Below, piece by piece: positions 12,445-23,964 of a stretch of 64,000 bases of DNA (its first letter is position 1; each line of letters starts with the position of its first letter). The stretch spans positions 620,001 through 684,000 of the forward strand of contig AP026129.1 in the NCBI GenBank assembly GCA_030295235.1, given 5' to 3'. Under the pieces are notes generated by a model that was given only the letters and a program-made list of their open reading frames with translations, ran no database searches and had not been told where the DNA came from. Position numbers and translations under genes: made by a program. The stretch comes from Fistulifera solaris. Lineage: Eukaryota.

Positions 12445-12860
12445 CGTCGATAATCGAGCCGATATGTATTTAGGAAGGGAAGAAAGCAAAAGCGTACAGC
12501 AAGGATGATTTCAGTTAGATACTCATGACCTCTATAAGGCTAACATTTACATCGATCCTGCTCGTTGTTCTTGCGCGCTCGTTTCTTTTGTATTTTGTAC
12601 GAAGTTTTCGTTCGCGCGTAGCAGAAAGCAGAAGGCGAGTTTCTGTACTGGAAAGTGAAGCGGTACGCCTTGCTAATTTTTTTCCGTGTTATTTGAAGTA
12701 GAGTACAAAGTGTGCGACTCAGAGTGCCCACACACGTCACACGTCACGTTTTTCGTTGAAGATTTTTGTTTTGACGTAAAGCAAAATGAAAAAACGACCA
12801 GAACCATAATAACAGAAAGGAGTTAGGTTTATTGCAATATCTCTATCATTCAATTAAATA

Positions 12861-13751
12861 ATGTTCTTTCGTTCTCTCATTGCGGCATTCCTCATCGGAA
12901 CTGCAGTATCGGGTTTTTCTCTATCGAATGATCTTACCCGAAAAGTGACCGACCGCCGATCTTTGTTTCAAGACCTCGCTGTTCTCACTACCGGTGGCAT
13001 TGTTGTATCGAGGGTGGAACCCGCATGGGCTAGCGGAGGTGCTACTGCAGGAAAATACACGTAAGATCTATTGAGAAGATTGAGGAGAGATATCTTTCAC
13101 ATCTCTTTGCAATCGACTGACACAAAATCGTTCTCATCATGTTGTTATGTAGCACAATTCCCATTGCCAAGAGACGATATTATGGACGCGTGCAGCAGGC
13201 AGTACACGATTTCCTTTTGATGGGTCCCGATGTGGTCAAGGGCGAAGCGCAAGCTGCTTCCATTCAGTTCTTCTTTGATCCACAGGGTGTTGTCGTCGTC
13301 CCCGCAAAGAAAAAAAGACATCAACGGTCAGTGCACCAAAAAGACGGCGACTGTCGAGGAAAAGAAATTCGAGATAGCCGATTCAATGATATGGTAAGAA
13401 AGAGTTCGCAAGTCAAATGCAGTTGTGTCTGTCCTGATCTTCTCTCTAATCCGTTGCTAGAAAGCAAGCATGTACTTGTTAGCCAACGCATTTCGTACAG
13501 ACCAACAAAAGCCCCCAGATCGTCTTCCCACTGTAAAAGCCGCCAAAGCGTTCTTTAAAGAAATGAACGACATGGAAAAGCTAGTTACAAAGAAAGGAAA
13601 AGTAGACAGTAAGCAAGTGGCTGCTGTTTACGTTGCTGCGCTGGATATCCTAGATCAATATTTGGATTTGGTGGAACTGCCTCCCACCGATTCGGGTCAT
13701 TATGAGCAAGAGTTTGATACTTTGGTGGGTGAGTCACCCAGAATCACGTAA
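12861..13751 (+). CDS. Putative thylakoid-lumen protein of unknown function; introns 13061-13152 and 13394-13460
   Basis: Signal peptide ending AVSG-F, then a twin-arginine segment TDRRSLFQ...VEPAWA. Canonical introns join three ORFs. Compensating +1/-1 indels in A-runs at 13310-13342 would give KKKDINGQCTKKDGDCRG. Confidence 0.75.
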
Positions 13752-13893
13752 AAGAAGTCTTTGTGTGCTTTATTACAAGTAATTACGATTGACGATAGCA
13801 ATTGAAGGCCGCTAACTACCCAAACACTATTCTGTCCCCTTCGCACCCTATTAATCATAGCGACTGCTCAAGAAAAGTAGAAAAGTATATCCA

Positions 13894-15468
13894 TTATTGA
13901 TTCAATTCACTGAGACTTGGATGATTGGATTCGTCGTCCAAGGGTTCCGTTGTTACCGAGTCGCTTCCTATCCCCGAGTCGCGATTATTATGGCTATGGT
14001 CTCTAGAATCATCGACCGCCGCGTTCTGATTTGATGTTGATTTTACTGTACTCGCGTCTTCCGCACGAGGTTGGTTCGCGGCGGATTGATTCCCATCCCC
14101 CCTGTCCAGTGCCGGTGCTTTCCTCTCCCTGTGACTCCACCCTTGTGACCGACACAAATTCGTCCTCTTCATCAAATCGTATCTGCTCCATTCCCTTTTC
14201 TAGAACTTCCAACCGCTCCCCTATATAGAGTCTTCCACCTTCAGGCGTTTGCGGTATTTCAGGGGTCCACCCGCGTAGACGACGGCGTCTTCTGGCTTCT
14301 TCGGTTTCATTGTGAAGTGCTGATTTGCAGAGAACGTGATATCCAACACGCCTGGGTTCTTCGTTTGCTGAAAATTCTGATAGTAGCAAAACTCCATTCC
14401 CATCTGCATCCCAGCCAGCGACCGCAATCATATTTGGTGCTTCAGAACAAAACGAGCAAGCTTGTGGATGAGGCACTCCACGAATTTGACACACGCTCTT
14501 CCTCGCTTCGCCCTCGACTGATTTCCGAACGCTTGAAAACAGCATTTTCGTCAATGACCCTGAATCTTTTCCTTTTTCGTCAGGACTCTTTTTAACTGCA
14601 TTCATCTGAAAAATATGCGCTGTCCCTTTGTCACTCGTACAACTCAACCATTCACCGTCCCAACTCCAAGCAAGGCAAGTTATTGTAGTCCGCTCAACAC
14701 CCCGTCGAAACTCTTGCAAGCAAGTTGATGATGCTACATCCCATACACGAATGACGGTGCCTTTGGTGGAGGCAGTTGCGAGTTTAGTTCCATCAGCAGT
14801 CAAGGCTATAGCTCGGAGATCTCCTTCATGTGCCTCCATCAGCTATCGAATAGTGGATCAAGTCAGGAAAGAACGGAGGTAAGTACAAAGCGCTTGCTCG
14901 CTTAAATCTTAAAAAAAGAGAACAGGATACTTACGACGGTCTTTCGTAGAGTGTACAATTCGACACGCACATGCCCAGTTGTCACCGACGGGCACGCCAG
15001 CACCATGTCTTGAATTTGTGTCGACAAGCTGAGGAGTCCGTGTGGATTGTCTGCGGTGTAAATTTTGTCGCGAAGACTCAAATCTGCAAGATGATACACG
15101 TATACCCGATCCCGAAGAGCTACTGCAATTGTATCTTTCCGAAGTTGTACGCGCAAAACAACCTGTCGAAATGACAATTCCCCGGCTTCTTTTGGTATAT
15201 GATCATCCCAAATAAGCACTCGGTGCGGCGGTGAATGTGGAGAGGGTCCACCACCCACCAAAGCCATTAGATTACATCGAAAAAGGAGCTCGACCTGACC
15301 AATACCTCCCTGCATCTGGCGTTGCACAGACAAAGCACATTGCGGGTGCAAATTGTGAATGGCGAAACCGGTCGTAGTTCCTATCGCGAGGCAGCCGCCA
15401 TCCTGATTAAATGTACACGATAAAAGGGATGATTGTGAAGGAGCTTCGCCGAAGGGATCGTCTTCCAT
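13894..15468 (-). CDS. ATG18: PROPPIN / WIPI3-4 (ATG18-family) WD40 phosphoinositide-binding protein; intron 14843-14934
   Basis: FNQDGGCLAIGT, ELLFRCNLMALVGGG, AHEGDL...LATASTKGTVIRVW, signature EFRRG, SDKGTAHIF. Stop is at 14009 as assembled, or 13894 if the run at 14097-14102 carries an extra base. Confidence 0.9.
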
Positions 15469-16871
15469 TTTCGAAGTCGAAAGATTTAGATATTGCTGCA
15501 AACAGAACAATCGTGATGCTTCACTGATGCTAGGTTTTCGTGTTCCTTTGTTTCCGGTCCGCTAGATCGGACGACGGTACTATGCCAGATATCTCTCTAA
15601 AAACGACTCTGACGCGATGAACACGACGCGAAAAAAGTTTAGTTTGAATAAGAATGCGAGACAGGGAGCTGAATAAATAAAATAATGAATTATTGTTTCA
15701 TGTCGTCGTTTCAAGTGAAATAAATAGCGCCGCTTCATGCTCTATCTCTTATCCTTATACGTGCGCCCACCGTCCACCGCCCACCGCGCATTCCGGATTC
15801 CAGGCTCTCATAGTTTTGTAATCATTCATCACTCTAAATAAAGTAATTAATGGTTTCTGAAAATCCGAAACGATGGAGAGTCTAATTGATAATATGTAAT
15901 ATCATTGTGTGCAAATTTATTCGTAGCAGTCAACACACTGAGTAAAATAGTTTATGACCAGAAGTTGGACGAATGTTCCACGTTCCACGTGCCAGTACAG
16001 CATAGTGTCATCCTTTCTTTGATTTCAGAAGCACCAAAAACACAAGCAATATTTTCATTCGTAGATTTGAAATGTAGAAAATGCCTGGCTTGGACAAACA
16101 TATAGTCTACTTATTCCTACGTTAAAACGGTAGGAAAATTGCATCCGCAAGGGCATTCGTCGACTGCTCCTCATAAAATTTCATCACGAACCTCGGCATC
16201 AACGAGGTCGTCAGGCGTGAACGAAAAAAAACAGCCCCAAAGACGCTTTTATTTTTTTTATTTCAAAACAAACACATTTTACCGGTCGAAATAGTATGCA
16301 ACAATCCTTTTTTGTTTGAAAGACGGTGAGTTTCCATTCGTTTTGTTGCGGTCCATGTGATGCACTTCGCACGCGGGTTGTTTCCATCGAGAGCACGCTT
16401 CATGCTGAATTCTGTCTGCTCTTTCTGTACAGCAAACAGTAGAGTGGTCGGGTGCCGGTGGGTTTCGTGATTTCGATTTCTATCGGTTTTTGTGTGGTAG
16501 AGAATTAGCTTCCTGTAGAACCTGTTTGTGATTGGCTGATTTCGTCTTCAATTTTATTCGGTGTTGCTTCAGTACTGGGTCTACGTGATATTTCTTGTTT
16601 TGTTCGTGCAGCGTGCAAGCATGGCACTCCTTTCCTCTTTTGTTTTGTGAACGTTTGCAAAAATACATGTCAGCCTTATGATAACACCTTCTCATAAACC
16701 TTTCCTTCATTTCTTGTTGTGTTAATCAACACAGTCAATAAAGATTCGCTGCACGGGTTTATCCCAACAGCGGCTTCGCCACATTTGACTGCCCCGCTTT
16801 GGTCCTCGCCTCTTGCTTGAGAGCTCTCAGACCCCACGACTTCTTATTTGATTATTTGAACGATTTTCATT

Positions 16872-17970
16872 ATGAGAAGTCAACAAATATCTACACCGCA
16901 GCCGATTACTGTTGATATTCGGCTTTGTGGGAATATACCTCGGAAAGACTTGATATCAAATTCTATTTCCCTTAGAAATGTTTTAGCATCCGGCAGCTCA
17001 TTACATTCTCGTTCAAGGAACACGAAAACGATTGAAGAGTCATCAAATGCATCGCAAAGGGAAACACCAAGTCTCTTCCTGCCGGGGAAAGCAGGAAGCT
17101 GCAGCGCTCCTAATTATCTGCAGCAGCCCGCAGTGATTGAACCTCCTCAATGGGCCGTGCCAGCTCGCGGAGAAACTTGTCTCGAGGTAAGTAGTTACTT
17201 TTCCGGCCTTTTGATTGACTTGTATCTTAAACTAACTTTTTATTTTCTCTTAGCCTGTTTGTGAGTCGCTCGGACGACAGTGCTCAATCGATCTAACCAC
17301 GAAGGCCTGCTACCGTGTAGGGCGCTCTCCAGATTCGGACGTTCAACTCATGCATGCCACTTCATCACGGATTCATGCAATGCTTTTCCACCATGCAAAC
17401 GGATCTTGTTACGTCGTGGATTGCGGGAGTTCGCACGGTACTTATATTGATGGGACGCGTATCAATTCGTCGTCGAAAGCAGGTGTTCTCGTGCCTGTGA
17501 TGGTTCGCCAAGGAGGCATGATTCGCTTCGGAGGTGCAGGTGCGCCCTGTTTTGTTCTCAAGTCCTTTTCCTTTTATCTTGAAGACATCATGGCTGAATC
17601 CGTAGCCGATGATGTTGAGCTGGTTCGCCGCAACACTCGAATCAATGCTCTTGGTAAGACGGCAGGGGAGTTTGTCGCCGAGAGTGTTATCAACACTATT
17701 GACAAGGCTATAGATGTTTGCAGGAAAAGATCTTTTGACAGCGTCGGTTCGGTTGTAACAGTCGACGAAAATTCGATGTTCAAGAGAAGATGCATCTCTC
17801 CACCACTTACGTTAGATGCTGCCCTCCCTAATCTGGTTTCTCCCGAACTTCAGTTTCCCCAATCGTCGAAACGACGCGTCTCATTCTCCAACGACCCTCC
17901 TCAACTATTTTACCCCGCGCTTGTTACTCCGGATGATCTCTCCAGTGAGGAAGACAACGATCTTGAGTAA
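16872..17970 (+). CDS. FHA-domain protein with RVxF motif (NIPP1-like PP1 regulator candidate); intron 17187-17253
   Basis: PPQWAVP precedes FHA motifs YRVGRS, HATSSRIHA, VDCGSSHGTY and IRFG. KRRVSF lies near the C-terminus. Confidence 0.8.
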
Positions 17971-18119
17971 CCTGTTACATTTTTTTCTTCTGCGAAAATT
18001 TCTCAAATACTCCACATTCCCTTCGACTTTTTATTTTACCAGAAAAACCTTGCACTCCTAAAATAATTTACACTATTAGAGAATTGATCTTACGCGCGGA
18101 ATTGACTTTCTTTCTTTTA

Positions 18120-18785
18120 TCAACGTAAATGATCGGTGTTGTAGACGTGTACGTCGCGCGCTCCTAATGACACCGCCAGATCACGAGCTGCGCCAACGTC
18201 CGCGGATGCTGAGATTCCGACTTCGACAGCGATGCCTTGTTCGGCAGCGTTAGCAATGAATCCGCAAACCTGACCAAACGCCCGTGCATCCAGCCCGGTT
18301 TTCTCTTGATAGGTCTTAGGGTTGCCAGCCCATAAAGTGACTTGAATGCAGTCCAGTCCAATTTCCGACAAAGGGATATTGGGTGGCTCCATCAATAATC
18401 CGTTCGTGAAAGCACCGAATGGAACTCCATGGCGTTCTTCCTTGATCGCTTGTATACTTTCTTGCATTAAAAGATCAAATTCGAGTGTATCATTTTGCGG
18501 AGAAATTGAGGCAAACCATACTCCGAGATCATTCTCACCCATGCCACCGACAAACTGATGCTCCACTTGATAGTGTCGATGAACTAGATCGATTACATCG
18601 TCTGAATGGGTACAACCAGCTTGTGATATAGGTTTAGAAATGGGTAGCAAGAGCTTCGAAGCAGGACCCAAAAGATTGGAAGTATCGTCAAGCCAAACAA
18701 AAAGTTGGTGGGCTGCTCTGCTGCTGCTCCATCGTTTCACATAGCGTAATGTCCGTCGAGCTAGTGCTAAATGCGTCGCGAGCAT
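18120..18785 (-). CDS. Degenerate radical-SAM-fold protein (resembles TatD-associated radical SAM family), probably mitochondrial
   Basis: Arg-rich presequence MLATHLALARRTLRYVKRWSS. FTNGL, IQVTLWAGNPKTY, AFGQVCGFI and ARDLAVSLGA resemble that family's C-terminal half. No CxxxCxxC motif. Confidence 0.55.
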   Translation of the reverse strand: MLATHLALARRTLRYVKRWSSSRAAHQLFVWLDDTSNLLGPASKLLLPISKPISQAGCTHSDDVIDLVHRHYQVEHQFVGGMGENDLGVWFASISPQNDTLEFDLLMQESIQAIKEERHGVPFGAFTNGLLMEPPNIPLSEIGLDCIQVTLWAGNPKTYQEKTGLDARAFGQVCGFIANAAEQGIAVEVGISASADVGAARDLAVSLGARDVHVYNTDHLR

Positions 18786-19061
18786 AGTAAGGCGAAGTTG
18801 TGAAAGCGCTAGAGTATAACTTATGGAATGATCTTGTCGTTTTGTGCACTAGTTCATGGCAAATTGTTTTTATCAGGATGATCAATGGAAATGCGCGGGT
18901 TTGCACCTCAACATTTTTTAAAAAGACACTCAATAACACTAAAATATTTATTCCTAATTTCCTAAAGTCAGAATGTAATTTTGACATTCGATTGAATTTT
19001 CCATTTTTCGTTTCATTTTGTCACATATATTCCAATCTGGCACTTCGCTGAGTAGGCACTG

Positions 19062-19440
19062 GCTCTAGCTCTAGCTCTAGTGCTAGTAGAGGGCAAGTCC
19101 AGAGCCCGTTTCCCAATGAGGGGGGAACCGTCTTGGCATTCCTTCTCTTGGATTCCGAAGAAGCATACTAACCGACCAAACTAGAGAAAGACTCATGCGC
19201 GCTCTGATGAACCCACAAATCTCTGAGTATGGCTTGTTCCACTTCCGCTGAAGTTTTCTTGCAAGTTGTCTCGATGCTGAAATAGCTTGCTGTCCCATCA
19301 TTCCGTCAAAGGAGAAGACTAAAGGGAGTGAAATCTCGTCTGCGTTCATGGCGAGGGGGTCCATAAATGCTCCGCTTTTCACACTCCTGATCATCCAGAA
19401 CCTTAATCGGGTAACGGTTTCTGTACTATGGTCCAAAAGT
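19062..19440 (-). mobile_element. Decayed 3' fragment of a non-LTR retrotransposon (CRE-like, restriction-like endonuclease end)
   Basis: Reconstructed translation P*YRNRYPIKVLDDQECEKRSIYGPPRHERRRDFTP/LVFSFDGMMGQQAISASRQLARKLQRKWNKPYSEICGFIRARMSLSLVWSVSMLLR matches the C-terminal RLE region of CRE-type elements. It has an in-frame stop and a frameshift, and (CTAGAG)3 follows the stop codon. Confidence 0.75.
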
Positions 19441-20109
19441 GTAAGGAGTAAGGAGATGGACAAGAACAATTTCGATCTCGACGTAAAAAATGTGATGCCA
19501 AAAAAAGAAGAAATACTCCGAGTATTTGCACAACTGCTGATTACGCATCGTTACAACGACAGCTACCAGTATCAGCTTTTCCGGTGTCAAATCTGCAGGA
19601 AGAAGGAAAGTTAGGTAGTTTTGTGGATCGGAAGAATATTGATTCATGACTGAATGGCAGTCGTGGTGAAAGGTCGCCTTCACTTTCGTTTATAGTAACT
19701 ATTGACCGCATCAACGATTCTTCGCAAGGAGTTGCGAAGTGAAGAATTTGGGCGTGCGTTGCAAATGCTGTTAGTTGTAATAGAATGGTTACCATGCTTT
19801 GGGCAGGTCTTGGGCAAACACATCAGCCAAATACGAAATTTTCTCTCCACGAATTATTGGACGACAATAAAATTGTCGTACAGGTACCGTACCCGTCAGT
19901 TTTATCATACGTCAGCAATGCATTTTTGCCTTTCCGTTTCCGCCTTTCGTCGTCATTCTCGTCGTCTTATCTTCATCGACCTTAATGTCGGCACCATTCT
20001 ATGCCTATTTCGAAGAAGTTCTTATTCTCGTGTTCGCGGCTAAGGAAACTAAGGAATCGATATTTTACTGTTTACTTTTTTCGCCACAATTCGCTGGTTT
20101 TTTGAGAAC

Positions 20110-20625
20110 ATGACGCTGAAATTCATTGTCATTCTATTGTATACCCTATTGGACCATGCTAATGCGTTCCGACCTCCTTCTCAAGGCCGTATGGATACGG
20201 CGCTACCCGCCGTGGACCGAAGGAAATTCCTCATTGGATCTGTAGCCACCATAGCAGCTAGCTTGATTACTGAACCTGCAGAAGCTACCTACTCAGCTTT
20301 CAGTCGACGCGAACAAGATTGGCAAGAGCGTGCGGCGAACGGTGAAATTCAATATACATCGGCGAAACAGTTACGCCAGCAACTGCGAGAAATCGTCCCA
20401 CAGAATAGCGAATCGTCGAGAATTTTCTGTCCCAACGGACCGTCGGCGAATGTTTCCCCGTTGATGGAGAACAAATGCGGTGACCGGATGGCGGCCCCTT
20501 CGGTGTACGGGCGTTCGAATGATGTGCTGGGAAACTCAATACCTGGATTTGGTGCTGGTAGAGGTATAGAAGGTTCCGGTAGTTTGTCTTCTGAGGTTGG
20601 AGGCTTTCCTACTTACAAGAAATAA
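20110..20625 (+). CDS. Putative thylakoid-lumen protein of unknown function
   Basis: Signal peptide ending ANA-F, twin-arginine VDRRKFL, hydrophobic stretch and AEA cleavage site. Mature part has two Cys (FCPNGPS...NKCGD). Confidence 0.75.
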   Translation: MTLKFIVILLYTLLDHANAFRPPSQGRMDTALPAVDRRKFLIGSVATIAASLITEPAEATYSAFSRREQDWQERAANGEIQYTSAKQLRQQLREIVPQNSESSRIFCPNGPSANVSPLMENKCGDRMAAPSVYGRSNDVLGNSIPGFGAGRGIEGSGSLSSEVGGFPTYKK

Positions 20626-20793
20626 GAGTTCAATAGACAGACTTTGTCGATGTACGCTACGGTATCAATTCCGAAATCGATTATAACTACGCACAATTCT
20701 GCAGTCGAGTTTCTCTCGCTTGGAGGCTACATTTCGTGACTGTCAATCCATTGAACTTAACTAACAGTTGATTCAGTCTTAACTTTTACTGGT

Positions 20794-22595
20794 CTATTCC
20801 GAAAACCAGATATTACAAATGCTCACGTAGATTGAGTAGAGTATTGATGAGAAAGTAATCAAGAGGAAAACAGACCCTCCAACAACGGACTTTTGCGAAT
20901 CAGTGCCAAGTGAAATCAGATCTTCCTTGTAGTGGGGAAGAAATCCAACAAACGCTATTGCACCGACTTGGGATGCTGTGGTGAGATAAGTAAGGTTTAT
21001 CATGCCTTGTAGCCTGCCATCCTGAAGCGCATTCTTTGATACATCCCATATGCGCAATAGCACCGTACTTAAAGCTGATGAGAGTGTTAGAGCGCTGTTG
21101 TTTACGGTGGTAAACATGGCGTATGACGCCCCTCAGACCCCGACGGACAAAGATTCACCATCATGATCGTGGTAGGAAGAAATTGGATGCCCGAAATAAA
21201 CTCGGCAAATGCATCATCCCCCAGAGCGAAAAAGAAGTTCGAAATACCGAAAGTGATGCCTTTGATCAAAAGGATTTGCAGCAGACTGAAGAAACCATTC
21301 ATCAACGTTGTTACAATATAGACATTTCTCCACGACCAGGTGATAAAGAAATATTTGTAACAAATGATCCCAAGATAGAGTAGCACAAGCGTCACAATCA
21401 GTATCATATTGAGCTGACATGTCGTGAAATGCAGCGTCGACACAAGAAACTCCCTCCAAGCAGCGTTCCCGACTTGCATCACGTTATAGATGTACACGAA
21501 GGCCATGGGCTGCCACGCGGCTCGGCTGCAGACCGTGTTCCAAATTTCCTGACATTGGTTGCGCGTGGATGGAGGCGGGGTCTTGGTATCTTCGTATAGC
21601 AAGTAGACTAACGGGAGGATGCACAGCGGCAGGATGGACAGCAAAAGAATGACATAGTAGGGTCCCGCATAGCTGTACAAAACAGTTGACAGGGGAGCCG
21701 CCATCATCATACCAAAAAACCGATACGAATAGCAGGATGACTGAATCGATCCTCTCGATGACTCAGGCTCTAGTTTGGCCTTTTCTGCAACAATGCTGTC
21801 GCCCATGACATCTTACATCGAGGCGAGACGTGAGATCGTAATCCGTAGGAGCTTGTACTCGACAACGAAAAACACATACCTGCTACCCAAAAGCCCATTC
21901 CGAAACCGAACAAACAAATTGAAAAGAACCCAATAGATGGAGCGTCCTCTGGAATTCTATCGCTATCTTCCTCAATGATCTCCGAATCTGCCTTGAAGCA
22001 TCCAGCACCACGAGATTCAATGCTTAGATTCGAGTTCGCCATAAGGAAAAAGAGCGAAAGACTAGCCAGCAGCCAACCAAAGAACATGTACGGTTTGCGT
22101 CGGTAGCCCATGATAGGTAGATTGTCACTCATAAAGCCGAACAATAGCTTGAACGTTGCCGGTAACGAACGAATCCCTGATATTGATGTTTGTTGCGCTG
22201 GAGTCGCTCCCAAATCCAAGGGGAAGACATTGACAAGGGGGAGAAGAGAGACCCTGTAAAAGTCCCACTAACAAATAGCACATGGGCACAGCAATATTTT
22301 CAGGGCGGAGGAGTTGACAGCTGCGCGGCAAATGTGGAGGAAATAAAAAGTCTTCTAGTTGCTGCTTCCAGTCTTCCGTATGAAATTCATCTTCCAGGAC
22401 ATCTGATAGAGGCAACTTCGACGAAGGAGCGAAATGACCATCGCCGTCTGCGTTACTTGTCAGCGGCAGCATCTCCATCTGACTTCCATCCGGATCTCTG
22501 GATAACTTCTCGACGTTTATATCGCTGTAATCCTCGCTGGATGAATCATCATGATATTGTCGATGTCTTATGGAGAAACGCGCTGGTGGGTCCAT
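20794..22595 (-). CDS. Folate-biopterin transporter (FBT/BT1, MFS); intron 21812-21879; frameshifts near 22239 and 21130
   Basis: LPATFKLLFGFMSDNLPIMGYRRKPYM, ADVMGDSIVAE, RGSIQSSCYSYRFFG and LCPSGSEGASYAMFTT (after repair) are BT1-family motifs. Multiple TM segments. Confidence 0.85.
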
Positions 22596-23241
22596 GGTAC
22601 CAGTAACAAGTCGCAAGCAATCGGCTTCGAATTACTCCGTATTATGAAAAGAACAACGGAACTGTCATTGTCATCGCCATATCGGAAAAGCATCGCCAAG
22701 CAGTTTTCTTTGTTGTGCGCGACTATCAAAGTTAAAGTTCAAGTGCAGGAGGGAATCTGGAATTTGAAACAAAGCATCTGCCGAAAAAATGGCGTTATCC
22801 TCTCCGTCGGTCATCGGCATCGCCTATTAGCGACATTTGGCCAAATTTAGCCGTAGCCGTTGCTAAAGAGGATACTAGCTCCGTAGTGGAAGGCATACGA
22901 AATTATCCTAACCAGTACTTAAACCTACTTTATAGATAAGGATTAGTCGACTGGTTGTTCTGCTGAGAAAGGGACATCTTCATTAGCTATTGTTGGCTCG
23001 ACTAGGTAACGGCGGCAAGTTAGATTGATGGTGAGGTGTATGCCGCTGCCTACTATGTAGGCTTCCAACATCAATCACAGCTGTCCCTTTTTCTTACAAA
23101 ATCAACTCTATAACTAAGTCCTACAACAAGGAAAATCACTACGTGTTGTGAGGCAAGTAGCTCAGAGGCTTCCCTAGTTATACATGATGCGGCTAAGTTG
23201 AATATGAATAATCAGTAGAGCATCACGGAATAGCACTACGT

Positions 23242-23964
23242 CTATTGCGTGCCCTTTACGCGTCGCTTGCGTCCCAGACCTCCGCGACGATTGTTCTCGG
23301 TGTACATCTTGTTCGTGTCCTTCACTACTTTGGGCATCGTTTTCTTGGGAGGCGTTCCTCCGGTCGAGGGATTCGATCCGCCGAAGTTGTTATCTGGAGC
23401 CCCTCCTCCCGTATTGCCCCCCGAATTGCCGCCGCTGCTACCTTTTCCGCATCCGCAAGGATCTTTGAAGTAATTTTGCATGGGCCGGCACATGCGGTCC
23501 TCAAAGTTCCCGTTGCGTGCCCACCAATAGAGTTCCTTGCAGGTATTGACATTCGGGAAATTGAGAACTGCAACAAGCGTTTTATCTAGCGAGGGATATG
23601 ATCCATCAAGACAAAGGTCGCATTTGGAGTAGGATCCTCGCGGATAATTGATTGCCGGGGAAGCCGCAGGCAATTGAGCGATCACCGTAGGTGTGTGTGA
23701 TGGGTTGCAACAATGATCGTACCAGCGTCCTTTAAGCTGGCGGCAAGCAGCATTTCCCTGCTTGATGCTATTTGTTGGATCTGCCATGTCAATGATCAGT
23801 TTTTGACAAGTGTAACCATTGTTGTCTACGGCGAGGTTCGCGCGTCCAGACAGGGCGGGTCCACAGGAGTCACATAGGCAGCAGAGTCCGATCGTCTCAT
23901 CCGCGGCCGCAAGTGCCGCCAGCGACAAGATCAATGTTGTTAATAAGCCTAAGGAGGTTTTCAT
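23242..23964 (-). CDS. Secreted Cys-rich protein with two C-x-L-C-x-D/S modules and Gly-rich tail
   Basis: Signal peptide MKTSLGLLTTLILSLAALAAA. Modules CCLCDSC...TCQKL...AC...CC and CDLCLDG...TCKEL...C...CGC. Basic C-terminus. Confidence 0.75.
   Translation of the reverse strand: MKTSLGLLTTLILSLAALAAADETIGLCCLCDSCGPALSGRANLAVDNNGYTCQKLIIDMADPTNSIKQGNAACRQLKGRWYDHCCNPSHTPTVIAQLPAASPAINYPRGSYSKCDLCLDGSYPSLDKTLVAVLNFPNVNTCKELYWWARNGNFEDRMCRPMQNYFKDPCGCGKGSSGGNSGGNTGGGAPDNNFGGSNPSTGGTPPKKTMPKVVKDTNKMYTENNRRGGLGRKRRVKGTQ

Noticed and set aside
23023..23077. Hairpin (gattgatg...gcctac-tat-gtaggc...catcaatc) upstream of the folate transporter, considered as a riboswitch or SECIS
   Set aside because: It lacks TPP/THF riboswitch and SECIS consensus, and no neighbouring gene has an in-frame Sec UGA.
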